This document shows positions 20,222 through 34,789 of a stretch of DNA of 64,000 bases, in pieces; within the stretch, counting starts at the first letter, position 1; every line of letters begins with the position of its first letter. This DNA comes from Macrostomum lignano (lineage: Eukaryota). Position numbers and translations under genes: made by a program. The DNA is taken from positions 62,001 through 126,000 of the forward strand of contig NIVC01000754.1 in assembly GCA_002269645.1 (NCBI GenBank). The letters run 5' to 3'. The notes under the pieces are model-generated. The model saw nothing but the letters and a program-made list of their open reading frames with translations, was not told the DNA's origin and searched no databases.

Positions 20222-23200
20222 TGTGCCATTAGAAACTCGTGGGTAAAGGTTGAAATGTTTAGCAAGCTTATAAATATTATTGTTTTCTAGTATAGCACGC
20301 TTGAAAGTCAAGGACTACTTAAAACTTAAGTATATATAGATTTATATATTATATATTATGTATTATATATTTTATATTATATTATATAATATGTTATATA
20401 ATATATATTATATTATATATTATATATTAATAAATTAACATTATTTGAGCTCACATTAGTACCAAGATGCTCGTATTATCTGGTTTATTTAAATTTTCCT
20501 GCTTTAATAGCTTCTCTAAAATTACTTAATTCACCAAGAATTAATAACTTGAGTCTGTCTAATTCGAACTTCAAATTGACAATGGAAAGGAATTAACAGT
20601 TTCGAAGTTATTCACAGCAGGCATTCTGCGTCCGGCTATATAGAGTTTCGGACTAGTTCACAATTCGGCACACAAGGATTACTGGGCAAGGGCATATCAC
20701 ATGTCACGCGATCTTTGCAACTTGCTTAAACAGAGTGAGACTGTGCTGGAGTATCTCAATAAATGTGAACAGATTTTAAGCTATCATACGTCCTGTAGCT
20801 ATCAGCTCCTGTACGTGTACTTTGCATCTTGTCTGTAACAGGCCTACTATTTTGCAAGACGCCCAGCAGCTTCTAGACTTTAGTATGTTTGCGCAGCTCA
20901 CATCTGAATTTTGATTGCTAATGAGAAAAGCCCGTGAAGAAGGAACAAGTGCTTGTCATTTATATGACTAGGAGCTGTCTGAGCTCCACGTTTGTTTGAG
21001 AAACCTGGGGTAGGCAGACTTCCAGCTTGTATTGAAACGTATACTTTTCTGCTGCAGTCACTCTGCAGTCACTCTGGTACACTACTGCAGCAAGAGATGC
21101 CAGTTCAACCTAGCTGTAGAAGTGCTACTAAAATGTCATTTTCATCTAATCCTAGCTCTCAAACTAATCATCTGCATACATCTTTATTCTCATCTGAAAC
21201 CAATTTTGCAATTCTTGTACTGCAAGCTGATGAATTACCTCGCTAACTCGTGCATGTAGGAAGTGTCTAAGGTGTAGCATGTTATTAATTAAAAACGTTT
21301 ACTAAAAGTAGTATAAAAGAATTTTCTATTTCGTTTTAAAAACCCAAATCCATTATTATCTCGTGGCGAATCAGTAAAAAATATTAGTACCTTCCTCTTC
21401 TAGATATTTCTCTGCAGAATCAAACTCAATCGAAAGTTTCTGTTCGCCCATTCCACTTTCCCTTACAAAGAAAACTGTTTTGCAGGCTTGCATCATGAAA
21501 ACAACTGGCAGTAACAGAGTTCGTCAGGCGACAGTAAAACAAACAAAGGACTACTCAATTAAGACGCAACAGTCGAAATATATGGAAAATGTTTTGAAGG
21601 CTACTTTTCTAAGAAATTTCACTTTTTAATGGATGCACTTGGAAATGTCTTTTTTCGCTTTGACCTTTGTTTATTTTTCTTTAAGAGAAAAAGCATTTAC
21701 GGCTTTGGCTTAACAACTTTTTTTTAATTTTAAGGCAACCCACTTTTTCAACAAGGCATGCCTCACTATCTAAACTTAGTTACTTGCCTTAAACTCCATT
21801 TTAACTCTTTGAAGGGTTCGATTAGCCGTGTAGAATCTGTAAAAAATTAAGAGTTCGCTTGAGCACAGTAGAGAGGGAGAGGGAAAGAGAGAGAGAATTA
21901 GTCTGAGTGTCTAAACGCACGAACTCCCACTTCCAGACCGCAAGCCTGGGAACAGAATAGAGTGATCACTTACTGTGGCGGGCTCCTCTTCTTTGTCGGG
22001 CAGGTCGGTAGAACTCGTAGTCTTCCTCAACGCAGGATTCCTCCGGAGTTGTCTTTCTGACTTCTAAAGTCAGCCGAATATGAGAGCCCTTTTAATGAAC
22101 GTGTTGTGCAATCGTCCTCGTGCCCCGTCCTAACAGTTTCAGTCTGCCCCACTCCTCCATTTTTCTCAATAATCAATGCGTACGCTGGTCACGCCACCTC
22201 GCACCAACTCCCCCTACCGTACCATACATTTGCTCTTAAAGTATTTAGTAATTCATGTACTCGTAGGTCAACTAATAAATATAGAATGAATTTGCTGTCT
22301 AGTTGGCAGCCTTTCTCCCTTTCGGACCGATCTTTGACTACCATCAAACCAACTATCTGCCTACAATAAAGAGTGCACGGCGACCCGCATCGGATACGGT
22401 GTGTAAGCTCGCGAGTTCGGTTCTGTGCTTTTCCTGCTTCTCTCTAGGGTGCGGGACGGGAGCTCTAACTGGGGACCTGGGGGTTTCAGCTTCCCAACAG
22501 GGTTCAGCTGTAGGCGTCGCTCCGCCGGACGGGGTTTACAAAAAACGTAACAATTGAATCCGTGGACGTCAATGTATTTATCAGTTATTTAATTTCATTT
22601 GCTTAATTTTTATGAATTTATTAATCTTATTCATACCAAAGCGCAACATTCTGTAACGGTTTCGTATTTTCCATTATCAACTATTCCAAATGTACGAGCG
22701 TATATATGACTTATTTATTGACTGTTTTCTTCTGTTTATGAATCAATTAAGTTAAGATGCATAGATTTTGTTTTATCGGATTCTTCTTAACACAAATTTA
22801 AATGCTGTTATCTATTAAGTTATACCTTGGTGAGACGCAGCCGTGTGGTGTGTGGCTAAGCAGTTGTCGTCCAATTCCAATATATCATTAAAAATAGCCA
22901 TACCTGTACAATCGTTAAATATACTAATCATCGGATATTTCGTTACAGTAAGTTTCTATTTCTCCTCCATCAATTCGAAATGGAGAACCGTTGTTTTTAT
23001 CATTCTAATACGCTCGTATATGGCTCTGAGCTCCGCTAGCCAACAATAGCAGCCCAGCCCATCATCTACGCGAACTCGCTCCGTCAGAACGCTACAATTC
23101 CTAAATATACTCGTAGCTACGTAGAATCTGGGTTGGCAGACAAGAAGTCTTAATGAGAACAGCAGTGCTAAGTTAAACAGCTACCCCCTCCCGATGCAGT

Positions 23201-24048
23201 TTAGGAACTACATGTAGGATTCCTAAGCATATTAAGAACTGGAGCTGCTATTCAGCAGGTAGTTACGAGTAAAGAGCTAGCACGCATCTTCCCACTAGAG
23301 TTTCTACTCAATGGATCTCCCAAATGAAATGAATACCTGTTAAGAGAAGCGGAGGCCTGCCTTTCCAGAGTTTGCTAACGTTGGATGCTGGTACAAAAAA
23401 ACAATGCATGGACAGCTGTTCCGACTGGCAATAAAAAATGATAGCGGGAGTGTCACGCAAACACAGCTGCTGCTTATTCTCTTCAATAATGGCACTCTGA
23501 TACAGACAGGCAAGCTGGCATGCGCTAGAGAGGGAGATGGCTTCTGAAACTACGAGAGCTAAATTTGGTAAATCTCCAGGCGTATCGATAAGCTAAACGC
23601 ACACAATCCCACTCTGCGAATGTCTGTTCAGTCCAACGAATTACGAGCTACATAAGGTATACTGTATACATAAATTAGGAAGTCTTGCGGCTATTCGAAT
23701 TTGAATGCATAGCCTTTATGTAAAGTAGAATTTAAATTTAAACACACGATCGTCTCTACTCAAAGCAGCGGTAGATAAGGAAGTCATCAAAAAAGCATGA
23801 TTCACACCTGTCTAAAGTAAAGTAACTATTTAGACATTTACTGCATATTTAGGTTAAAAAATGTTAAAAGCACAGAAAAATTACTGAATTTGTTATAAAA
23901 TAAAATCTGGACTTTTTTCTTAAAATAAAATATTAAACAAATATATTGTAGCACAGAGCCCCATATAAGTTAAGCCCTGTTGCCACTAAGCTTTAAATAA
24001 ACTTTGAGAGTTTGCTAAATGATTCCAATAGGTTTACCGGTCAGAACT

Positions 24049-25066
24049 TCATCCACGAACGAAGTAGTCTCCATCGGTGCTGCTCAGACTGGCAGGCGGG
24101 TAGGCGAACCTCAACAGGTGGCACAGGCGCTGCTGGCCAGAGAAAATCACAGCCTGGCAGTCAGCTGAGGCCTCGCACGGGATCAGGCAGTCCAGAGCTG
24201 TTTGGGCGGCGATGCTCCAGGAGGTCGGCACAGTCGACGAGACGTTGAGGCTGGGCATCTGCAACTGCTTGAAGCAGCTCCGCTCTGAAGCGAATTAAAC
24301 AGGGCTAATTTTACTTAAAGCATCTACTCAAACAGTAACGTCCTGCATTTTAAGTTCGATTTCTTAAGGCTGCTCAAATATGATCCAAGTATAGACTCCA
24401 AGACAGTAAGCATAAATTCAGACTGGGTTAAACTGAAACTTTTAAGCAATTTTAGCCGAATATTTGTTTTTCGTCATTTTTTAGCGAAAGTCTAAAGGTC
24501 TGATGTAGGATATTTGTCATTTAGTTCTTTAAACGATAAATTGCATATAATATTTCAAGAAGTTTTAATTCATCACAGCGACTGCTTGAGCAGTTACGAA
24601 AAATTGAGCGCCAATTCTGAGTGAGTGCAATCTGAGTGCAAGAAAACTCACTCGGGTAGGTCAGAGCGAACACCGAATTTCGCCAAGGTCCTCCACACGT
24701 CTGGCTTGAGTTTCCGTTGCAAGGCATGTTGCAGTCGCTTTCCTTGGCTGGTCCAATCGAGCCGAAGTCCCAGCTGCAGAAACAGGCCCATGCGTTCTGC
24801 AACCCGAAGTACGGGAAGCCGCCAAGTGCACAGAAGCCGCTGCAGAAGTCCTGAGTCATGCTGCCGCTTATCACTCTTGGTTCCGAAACGGAGATTTCGC
24901 CGACGCTTTTGATTCCCGATAAGCCTCTCATGTCCCTGGCGCTGTTGTCCTTGAAGCAGCCAATGTAGGAGACTTGACTGACTCGAGCAGCGGTGACGCC
25001 AATGACGAGCAGGAGAGAGCAGCAGGCTGCTGCCAAGACTGCTGGGCGATGGACAAAAGGAGACAT
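24049..25066 (-). CDS. WSC-PAN copy E; exons 24652-25066 and 24049-24284
   Basis: Same 415+236 nt exon structure, intact frame, TATA near 25112. Confidence 0.9.
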
Positions 25067-26211
25067 CTTGGTCTTTTCCGATGGAGTTGAGAACTCCTTT
25101 GTCACTGCTTTATATACTAGAGCCTGATAGGCTGCTTTTGGGGTGTGAATCAAGCCTTTTTGTTGACTTCCTTATCTACTGCTGCTTTGAGTAGAGACGA
25201 TCGTGTGTTTAAATTTAAATGCTACTGACTGTGTTGGAAGTAGTCGCACCTTTTAGAAATATCTTATGAATAAGTATTTTTGGTTGAGTATAAACGCAGC
25301 TACTAATAAAGCAACAATGCGCATGCATAGTGTACATTTTTACTGTGCTGAGCTGACGAATTACGTGTACTTTAAGAGCCCTTTGCGAGCCAACTTGTTA
25401 TGAATTTTAAGATAATCCTATCTTAGGTATTCAGCTTTAGGCAACATTCTTAGCCCAACAATTCAAGGCAAAACGTTCAGTGCTATGTATAAGTCGTAAG
25501 TTTCGTCACTAGTCAGTTTCTACTCAATAAGCCTTTTAATAATTAATAATTTCAACAAAAACCGTCGCCTACTTTTGCAGAGTTTGCTAATGTTGGATGA
25601 CAAACACTGTTGGAACTAAAGCTTTTCTTTGCCAAAAGGAGTTCAGAATTGGGCAGAAAATGGCACGCACTGGATGCAATTGTCGTGCTTCCCAGAAATG
25701 AATGCCATTTTTTGTTATGTTTTACTGGAGACGGGAATTTTAAGAGTGGCAATGCAATTTCATCTACTTCTGCTACTTTGTCTTCATGCAGCGGAGCAAA
25801 GTCAGTCAAGCTTTTTCATCATCCAAAACAGCCAGTTTTTCACCCTGCGGACCGCCTTTAGCTGGTTGACTAGGGTGCCTTAAATTGACAATGCCAACTG
25901 AAGAGCAAAGACCGTCTCTCAAGGAAGGCAGGAAACAGAACAATAAAGTCGAGTTCCACACTGTCTACGAGTGTTTTAGACTTTACGCTCGTAGATAGCT
26001 GTAACTATATCTATTTTGCCGTAAATTATTAGAATATGCTACTATAAAGCCAGTCTCAAAAAACTATTTTTTTCAGAATAACGAACAATTTCAAGTTTAT
26101 CTATGCCAGCCCTTTCTTCAGTTTTTGTTGCCTCAGAAATGGCGTAATACGAATACAATCAGAAAATATAGATGAAGTCAACTTAATACGCTCGTAACAC
26201 TCCTAGCATAT

Positions 26212-26807
26212 TGTGACAAATAGGGCGGAACGTTTTGCTGTGTAGCGGTTAATTAGATTACTCTACGATTCAGCAGATCGGCAAGCCGCTTTCACCCTTA
26301 GCGTAAATTGGTACTTTGAATTGTAACGCCCTGCCAAGATGGGGATTCAGTTGATTGGTTGGTGGGCCGAGGTAGGCGGCGGGAGAGTTGAAGGCAAGGA
26401 GGCCGGACAGCTAAGGGGCCCGCGAGTTACAGCGAGGAGAAGCGAAGGGAGAGAGCGGCAGCTGACTGCAAGCGTATATTTATAAATACAAAAATTATAA
26501 TGAATACATACGAGGCTACAAAAAAACTAAGAATTCAGCAGTAGCATAAGTGCAATAATATTACGTATGAAAATGAATGAAAGAATACACGTAGTACGGT
26601 ATGCATGCGAGATAAGGCAATAAGTGCAATAATATTCCGTATGAAAATGAATGAAAGAATACACGTAGTACGGTATGCATGCGAGATAAGGCAATAAGTG
26701 CAATAATATTCCGTATGAAAATGAATGAAAGAATACACGTAGTACGGTATGCATGCGAGATAAGGAAATACGATACCTGTGCTTTCTACTAATTGAACAC
26801 TGTCACA
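26212..26807. mobile_element. Solo LTR (TGTGAC...GTCACA family), 4-bp TSD ATAT
   Basis: TG..CA inverted termini, ATAT on both flanks; homologous to 32329-32952 and 48547-49178. Confidence 0.85.
26546..26765 (+). repeat. 74-bp tandem triplication inside the solo LTR
   Basis: ATAAGTGCAATAATATT..GCGAGATAAGG at 26546, 26620 and 26694. Confidence 0.95.
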
Positions 26808-27390
26808 ATATGGTACCCGAGACCGCTGGAGGCATCTTAAAAACAGACAGACAAGCTGCACAAGGTTACATGCATCGGGGAGAAGAGAGAGCTTCTGAAC
26901 CAAACATACAGCTATTTTTGTGCTAGTCGTGTCTTTTTAAAGCACTTAACCTCCTGGCGTATCGATTGAGCAAGTCGCACACAATTTCACTCTGTCGGTT
27001 CAATCCATAGAAACTTATGGCGGCTCACCAATCATCGCTCAGTATTTTGGGTTGAAACTTGCGAATTAAGGTATACTTTACACGTCAGCCCTCTTAGCTG
27101 CCTTCTAGCTTTTAGATAGACGTCTGGATTGAGATGGAAATGGTAACCACAAAGGCCACTTTGTCTGGCGGTAATAGCTTCGATTGCCACATAAGTGCTC
27201 AATGAGTGTGTATATGATCTTTGGTTAAAACATTACTTTTTAATATAAAACAATTGATTCATTAAACTGATTATCACACAGATAGCCCCATAAAGTGAAG
27301 CCCGTTGTTTTCAAGCCTAAAATATGTTTTCAAATTCTTAGAAAATCTAATTTTAAGAAATGATGCCTAATCGGTTATTCAGTAAGCACT

Positions 27391-28139
27391 TTATCCACGC
27401 AGGAGGAAGTCTCCATCGGTGCTGCTCAGACTGGCAGGTGGGTAGGCGAACCTCAGTAGGTGGCACAGGCGCTGCTGGCCAGAGAAAATCACAGCCTGGC
27501 AGTCAGCTGAGGCCTCGCACGGGATCAGGCAGTCCAGAGCTGTTTGGGCGGCGATGCTCAAGGAGATCGGCAGGGTCAACGAGACCGTGAGGATGGGGAT
27601 ATGCGACTGCTTGGAGCAGCTCCGCTCTGGATTGAAATCGGTGATTACGATTTAGAACGCAGAACTACTAACTCTTAATACAGAGTGGTAGAGCGCAATC
27701 TACGCTCGTAAGTACGTGTGCAAACTTATTGGGGTAGGTCAGAGCAAATGCTGAATTTCGCCAAGGACTTTTGCAGATTTAGATTTGGCTGGAGCTTCCC
27801 TGGCAGTTTTTTGCAGTCGCTTTCATTGGCAGGTCCCAGCGAGACGTAGTCCCAGAATTATGGGTAGCAGGCCTCTCCGCTCTGCATACCCAGATAGGGA
27901 AAGCCGCCAAGAGCGCAGAATCCCATGCAGAACTCGTGGATCAGCTGCTTGTTTATCGTTCTCAAACCCTCCACTCTGATCTCACCGAGCGTATTGATTC
28001 CAAACAAGCCCTTCTGGTCTCTGATGGCATTGTCTCTAAAGCAGCCGACATAGGAGATTTGAGAAACTCTCCCAGTCGCCATACAGGCCAGAATTAGCGC
28101 AGCGAATACAGCAAGCTGAAGAGCAGTTGATGCTGCCAT
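27391..28139 (-). pseudogene. WSC-PAN copy D, divergent WSC; exon 1 about 27733-28139, exon 2 27391-27626
   Basis: Signal peptide plus SYVGCFRD..EFC.GFCALGGFPY. Premature TAA at 27858, a frameshift and a mutated donor; PAN exon intact. Confidence 0.85.
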
Positions 28140-29082
28140 TTCGAGCAGAATGATGTTATAGAGCTGTTTAGTCGGAATGTTTTATAGCTTTGAGAGATAT
28201 GATTGAGTGAATACAACTCCCTGCGCCTCTTATGTAGCAGCTTCCTAAGCTCGATTCCAGTTGCAGTTACATTAACTTCAGCTAAATTCGAATCTCGGCT
28301 TCGAGCAATTAACGCCCTTAAAGGCCAACCCCCAGGAAATAGTAAAGTACATGTAAGGGCCGCTGTACACTCCTGTGTAAGTGTGTGCCGGTGCGTATGC
28401 CTGCGTACGTATCCACGCGCTTGTGTTCCTGCTCAGGGACTTCGCGTAAAGGGCAGTAATGCCTTGTGGCAATGTCGCTTACATTACGCATTACGCATAG
28501 AGTGCACACAGCCCAATTCCAAATGAAAGATTTAAAACGATTTAATCCAGTTAGTTTTCTACCTTTACCTTTGCATTTTTACTTTGCTGTTTGCGTAGCC
28601 TTATGCCCTTCTTTTAATAAATTGGCGCAAATCTGGTCATAATACACCCACCCTAGTGAGGAGAATTCGAATGCATTATGACTTCTTTCATTTTCAGGTT
28701 CCTTCACTCAGCTTGAGAAGGTTTGTTCAGTACTTGTTAAAACTACTTGTTGTGCAGTACAGTGTCGTTATTCTCCCGCTTCCGTGTTTCGTGCTGACGG
28801 CACGAATTCTCATTTAATTTGTTTTGTCAGCTTTTAGTCAATACGAATGGAGACTGACGTTTGATATCAATGCTCTTGCCAAGGACCACTGTATATACTA
28901 TATATACATATATATACAGTGGTCCTTGGATCTTACACAATAGCCTGCGTCAATATTGTAATTGCCCACATCTGTGTACTTGCTTACTTGTTTGCGACTT
29001 AGTTCGGGTACACTGTTTTCTACCCAACACCTCATTGACTGATATATTGGCTTATTGACATTCTGGACTCGAGATTAGTGAC

Positions 29083-29376
29083 CAGGGGCATCGCTATGGT
29101 TTTCATGGTGGGGAGGGACAAAGCCAAGAATTCTACAGGTACATGTACATGACTAAATTCCTAAATGTAGCTCGTACATTGGTTTGTGAATCGGTGTTGC
29201 CAGAGCTAATTTTGCGCTGCAGGAACTCATTTTTCTGCCGCAAGCAAAATTATTGATTTTCAAAACGGGTCACAAGGTGGGCAAGGTGGGGTGAGGGGAA
29301 GAGGATTGGCATGTCCCCCAATAGTTTTACTAGAAAGGGGGAATTTCCCCATGCCCCCCTCGGTGGCGCGCCCCTG
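29083..29376. mobile_element. hAT-type MITE
   Basis: TIR CAGGGGC/GCCCCTG; 8-bp TSD TTAGTGAC/TCAGTGAC. Confidence 0.75.
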
Positions 29377-29916
29377 TCAGTGACTGTTTCTGGATTTGCA
29401 TATAATTCCCACCAAGTACATTCACCAAAACTACGAGTTTGAGAGACAAACTTTCTCTAAAAAACTATATATCTCAGAACTATGAGAAAATATTATGTGT
29501 ATAAATCGTTCTTCAAAAGAAGAAACTGCATATGGAGCTTGCCTAAAGTCACTGCCAGTGCAAATTGAAGTATTTCAATAAAAAAATCGATATTGCATTT
29601 AACGCATTCTCATGCCTATCTGCTCCTCATCAGCTACTCACCATGTTTTTACCGATGTAATTACCTATGCTCCTGTATTATTACGAGTACATGCAGGTGT
29701 ATCTTGAACTTAAAAATGGAAAATTCATTGTGCAGGCAAATGAATCTAAAACTTTTTAGAGCAACCTCTTTCTCTGAATTTTGCGTTGCGTTAAAAAAAC
29801 TTGAAACTGTCTCTATTGGCATGTCATGTGACTTAAATTAAGTGGGAAAAAAGGTAGTTTAAGTTAGCTTGATCGGACTCTAGAATTTTGAGCCCAAGAC
29901 TTTTCGGTATCGACTA

Positions 29917-30185
29917 GGGGGTTGTAGCCTAGAGGTTAGAGGGTCGTACTCACGACTTGAAGGTCAGGGGTTCGATTCCGATCCTACAGGAAAAAATGGT
30001 GTCTCTTGAGCAAGACACTTAACTTTTCATTTCTTCAGTTCAACCAACTGTAAAATGGGTGTCAGCATTAGCTGGGGTAATTGAGGGTGTGTGTGGCGAC
30101 CCTCCATTCCTTGGACTGAACAGCCGTACGCAGCATTCAGACGCACTGCGCAATAGCTGCGTCTGAGCTGTCGGTTGCAATTATT
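29917..30185 (+). mobile_element. tRNA-derived SINE (V/Meta-domain-like body)
   Basis: A box GTAGCCTAGAGGTTAG, B box GGTTCGATTCC, core CTTGAGCAAGACACTTAAC..CTGTAAAATGGGT, AT-rich tail. Confidence 0.7.
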
Positions 30186-30698
30186 TCTGTTATTTGTATT
30201 ATTACTAATATATTGTATTATAATATTATATAAAAGTCGAATAATTTCTGATTCGATAAGCAAATCAAGGTGAATAATTAACTGCTTTAAGGCATTCAGC
30301 GTCAGTTTATAGGTTCTTCATTCGTGTAGCAGATCCTAATACGAACAGTCTAAAACAAACCACCCTTTGTTATTTTGATCCGCCCGATGAAAATACGAGT
30401 AACAAGAGAGCCATCGAGAAGAATTCAGCAAAAGCAGCTCATGGCAGCCGGTCGTCAGCAGTACGACCAGGAGGTCCCAACCTGATAGGCAATACTTTAT
30501 CTAGATATCTTAAAAAATACCATTGGAATTGGAAACCCTTCGAACACAGACAGTGGCAATTTAAAGTTGGACACGCGATCAGCTCTACTGAGCAGCCGTA
30601 GATGAAGGAAGCCAACAAAAAGCAGCCTATCAGGTTGCAGTATATAAATCAGTGACAAAAGATTTATCAGCTCTACGCTCGTAAAAGAAGAGACGAAG

Positions 30699-31422
30699 AT
30701 GTCTCCTTTTGGCCATCGCCCAGCAGTCTTGGCAGCTGCCTGCTGCTCTCTCCTGCTCGTCATTGGCGTCACCGCTGCTCGAGTCATTCAAGTCTCCTAC
30801 ATCGGCTGCTTCAAGGACAACAGCGCCAGGGACATGAGAGGCTTATCGGGAATCAGCAGAGTCGGTGAAATCTCCGTTTCGGATCCAAGGGTGATAAGCG
30901 GCAGCATGACTCAGGACTTCTGCAGCAGCTTCTGTGCACTTGGCGGCTTCCCGTACTTCGGGTTGCAGTACGCAAAGGCCTGTTTCTGCAGCTGGGACTT
31001 CGGCTCGCTGGGACCTGCCAAGGAAATCGACTGCAACATGCCTTGCAACGGAAACTCCAGCCAGATCTGTGGAGGCCCTTGGAAAAATTCGGTGTTCGCT
31101 TTGGAATACCCGAGTGAGTTGATATGAGGCGTTACTGTTCAAGTGAGATGCTTTTACTAAAATTAGCCCCGTTTTGTTTGCTTCAGAGCGGAGCTGCTTC
31201 AAGCAGTCGCAGATGCCCAGCCTCAACGTTTCGTCGGCTCTGCCGACCTCCTGGAGCATCGCCGCCCAAACAGCTCTGGACTGCCTGATCCCGTGCGAGG
31301 CCTCAGCTGACTGCCAGGCTGTGATTTTTTCTGGCAAGCAGCGCCTGTGCCACCTGCTGAGGTTCGCCTACCCGCCTGCCAGTCTGAGCAGCACCGATGG
31401 AGACTACTTCCTGCGCGGCTGA
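30699..31422 (+). CDS. WSC-PAN copy F; exons 30699-31113 and 31187-31422
   Basis: Intact frame, 73-nt GT-AG intron, TATA near 30643. Confidence 0.9.
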
Positions 31423-32328
31423 CTCTGCTGGAAGCAAGAAAGTTTAAGAAAACTTTGAATAACATTTATTGTACTGTTAAATTTCAATACAATAAATGCT
31501 CATCAGATACTAAGAAAAAGGAATCCCTGTACACCTCTTTGAAGATTTTGCTCAGTAGTACGCTTGTATGGAAACATGTGATGCCCAAAAGACTCTGAAC
31601 TGACAGCCAAGAAAGGGTCGCATGTGGGGCAGGGGCAAAGCAGAAATTTAAGCGCAGAGGCGGGTCATGGCTTGAGCAATTCGCAACTAGCGTGGACACG
31701 CATACAAGATGTCAGTCATCTTTTTGTGTAGTAAAGCTGGTTTGCCCCGAAAATCTACACTTGAGCTCGTGGTTGTTCAAGCACCATTGCCAGTGCTGTG
31801 AATTGAGATAGTTATAGAATCAATCAAATTCTCCCACATCAAAAGAATCGGAAATGTTGTATTCCAAGAAAGGCTTAAAACACTACAGCTAATATTTTAT
31901 TCTGTTTAAGAAGTTTCCATTTAAGAGTAAAGCCCTTGTTTCTGCTACATCAAGTCAGCAAAAACCTATTTTTGTGTTCACTTTTCCGTGCGCTTTGATG
32001 AGAGCTATGCCAGCTGCTCAACTTTATTGATCGCTGAGTCTAGTGATGTCCTGACAACTGATAGATAGAGACTGAAAGGATGCGATGCAAATAGCGCAAA
32101 TTTTCATGTTTGAAGCAGAAATATACTGAATTTAAAAAGAACTAACATCCTTTTCGAGTCTAAAATAGTCAAGTGAGCACAGAAGTAAAGCTATAGTAGC
32201 GGATGCCTTAACGCGGCTTAGAAAGCTTCACTAAATGATTGACAGGAGGGAGTGACGCAGTTTTATGGCCATAATTTTTATCTTCAGAAATGAAAAAAGT
32301 CAAGTAAGCTGAATTCCATAGATGCGGC

Positions 32329-32952
32329 TGTGACGAATAAAGGCGGGAAGACGTACGGTTTGTGTAGCGGTTAAATTTGATAATCTAGAGCCAGCAGCCG
32401 ACTTCCCTTAGCGTAAATTGCAGATTTGGTATGTTGAATTGAAGGTTAGGTTTGGATTGGTAGCTGCTTAATTTTAGTGCGACAAAAGCAACTGAAAGTG
32501 ATGGCTAAGCGGCCGCGAGAAACGGAGCGAAAACCCAGGAGCGAAGGGAGAGAGCGGCGGCTGACTGCAAGCGTATACTTAATTGGTAGGTAAACAGATA
32601 ACAAACAACAACAACCCTAATCCAAAACCCAGACAAACCCCCCACGCGGCGCGCAATGTACATGTACAAATTAATCGATAAATTATATCGTGTAAGATTA
32701 ACATACGCCAGTACATGTACATAGGTCCGTGTAGAGCTACTTTACGAGAAATAATAACGATATGAATGAAATACAAATAATAGAATAAATACATACGAGG
32801 CTACAAAAACAAAGCAATTAACTGTAACATTAGCGCAATAATAATGCGTATAGAATATTGTTAAAATAAATTAAAGAATACAAGTAGTACGGTATGCATG
32901 CGAGATAAGGAAATACAGACGGACAGATGATTCTACGAATTACACTGTCACA
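32329..32952. mobile_element. Solo LTR (TGTGAC...GTCACA family), TSD CGGC
   Basis: TG..CA termini, CGGC on both flanks. Confidence 0.85.
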
Positions 32953-33830
32953 CGGCGGTTAAGCCAATGTTTATTTATTCTTTCTGGTGGAGTTCAGTTC
33001 GAACTTGGATACTAAGTAGCCGATGAAAACATCTCAGATTACCTGCTGCCATGCTTGATGTCAGGCTAGTCCAACTTACCTTGTCTGTATGTTAGGGGAC
33101 CGCAAACTCCGGTCTGTGGACCACATGGTCTGTGGACCACATGCTCCTCGCTCACCTGACCCCCAGCCGGGGTCTTTTTATGCCCAATTTTCGATCGCAT
33201 TGGTTATCATCTCGCTCCTATCACCGATCCCGCTTCTCTCCGCCTCGCCCACTCGGCTATCCATACTGCGTTCGTCCGCGAATATCTCACCAAGCACTCG
33301 GCCAACCCGGTTCTTCTTGGCTCGCGTGCGCCAAACATCAGCACCTTCGAGTGCCTCCTTAGCCGCCGCCAGTGCACCACCGTTTCCCAGCTGCGCTTAA
33401 GTCACTGTAAGCTACTCACCTCCTGTCAAGCAAAAGTCGACACGTCGGATGAAATCGTCGCGCAAATTTTCGATCGCTCTTCCTTGCCGAAAGACCAGAT
33501 CCCCCTGGCGCTTTGGATCTACCCCGAGGTCTGCTCGTTTCTCGAGATTGCCTTCTTGGCGCCCGGACCGGACCCGGTGCTTCGCTCTGTTGAGGCTGCC
33601 ACACACACATACAGAAACACCACATTTTTAAAATTTAGAATGACGATTGGTACACAAGAAGTCGAGTAGCTACCCACTCCCGATGCAGTTTGGAAACTGC
33701 CTGTAGGATTTGCTGAGAATATTAAGAGCTAGGGATGCTATACAGTACTCATAGGTATAAATAATAAGCTAGCAGATACTTTGCCGTTAGAGTTTCTACT
33801 CACTGTGCCTCTTGAAATAAAATTAATACC

Positions 33831-34770
33831 TCATAGCTGTAAATAAAAACGGATAGACATGCCTTTCCAGAGTTTGCAAATTCCAGTCGCCAGCTTCTTG
33901 ATCATCGGCAGTGGAACACCGAGCTGCATGGCTGCTGTAGCGCCGCCCCACCGCAGCCCGTGGCCAGTGATGACCTGCCGATGTGCAGAGCGAACGAAGC
34001 CGGCTACATGTATCAAACCTGCTAGCCGTCAGAGGCGACCATGCCGTCGACGACTACGTGGAGAACAGGTGAACCGGACGCGGCGTCTGGTCGACTCGAT
34101 TTGTCCGTAGCTGCCGCTCGAGTGCGCGGAACGGGCACAGGACACCCAAGCTCCCATCAGGCAGTTTCTGAAGAACCACTCGCTGAACTCGGTCACCAAA
34201 TTGGTTGGTCTTTGAAAGCCGCACGGTGAGCTCACAGTCGCACTCCGAAAAGACGATGCTTGATGCCGCCAGGTCGCACCACAGATCGAGCTGCTCCGAT
34301 TGCGTCGTCACATTTGCTTTTCGCAGCATACCCCACCAGGCTGCCAGAACAGCTGCCCAGAACGCGATGTCACTCTTGAGTTGTTGGTCCAGGTGGGCGT
34401 GCAGCTTGAGGAGATCTGCGATTCTGAACGGCTCCCTTGAGCGCTGCTTCCGACAAGGACATCGGCAAAGACCACGAAGCACCAGCTTAACCCTCGGTGA
34501 CCCACACGGGTCCGGCCGGCCGAGAGCTCTGAAGTACAGCGAGACCGCGTTAGCATACGCCTGGCAACTCCGAAAGGCTGACAGCCGGGTGGACAGCTCA
34601 GCCAGGTACTCAGCCACGTGCACAAGCTCTGCCCGCACCGGCGTCAGGTGCCGGGAATGGAAAAACGCAGCCAGGTGCGACCGGTAACTCCGCTTCGTGC
34701 GGGGCGAGTAGGCATTGCTCAGGAGAAATGCGCAACGCTTGCTGAGGCGGTCGGGAGTCTGGCGCGGAGG
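33831..34770 (-). pseudogene. Tyrosine recombinase
   Basis: LLSNAYSPRTKRSYRSHL, AWWGMLRKAN, LSKTNQFG, LCPFRAL, GHGLRWGGAT (H-x-x-R), frameshifted. Confidence 0.9.
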
Positions 34771-34789
34771 GCCTGTAAAATGAGAAAAA

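Noticed and set aside
20335-20440. AT-only tract as a regulatory element
   Set aside because: Degenerate (TA)n low-complexity sequence.
21222-21300. Hammerhead ribozyme at CTGATGA
   Set aside because: No stem II or GAAA core follows.
26546-26765. Regular repeat array as a functional locus
   Set aside because: Simple 74-bp tandem triplication inside a solo LTR whose siblings have one unit.
33093-33645. Extra DIRS ORF or host exon
   Set aside because: It begins with a hAT-like TIR at the site paralogous to 18358 and 59098, is separated from the DIRS by host repeat, and has no recognisable domain.
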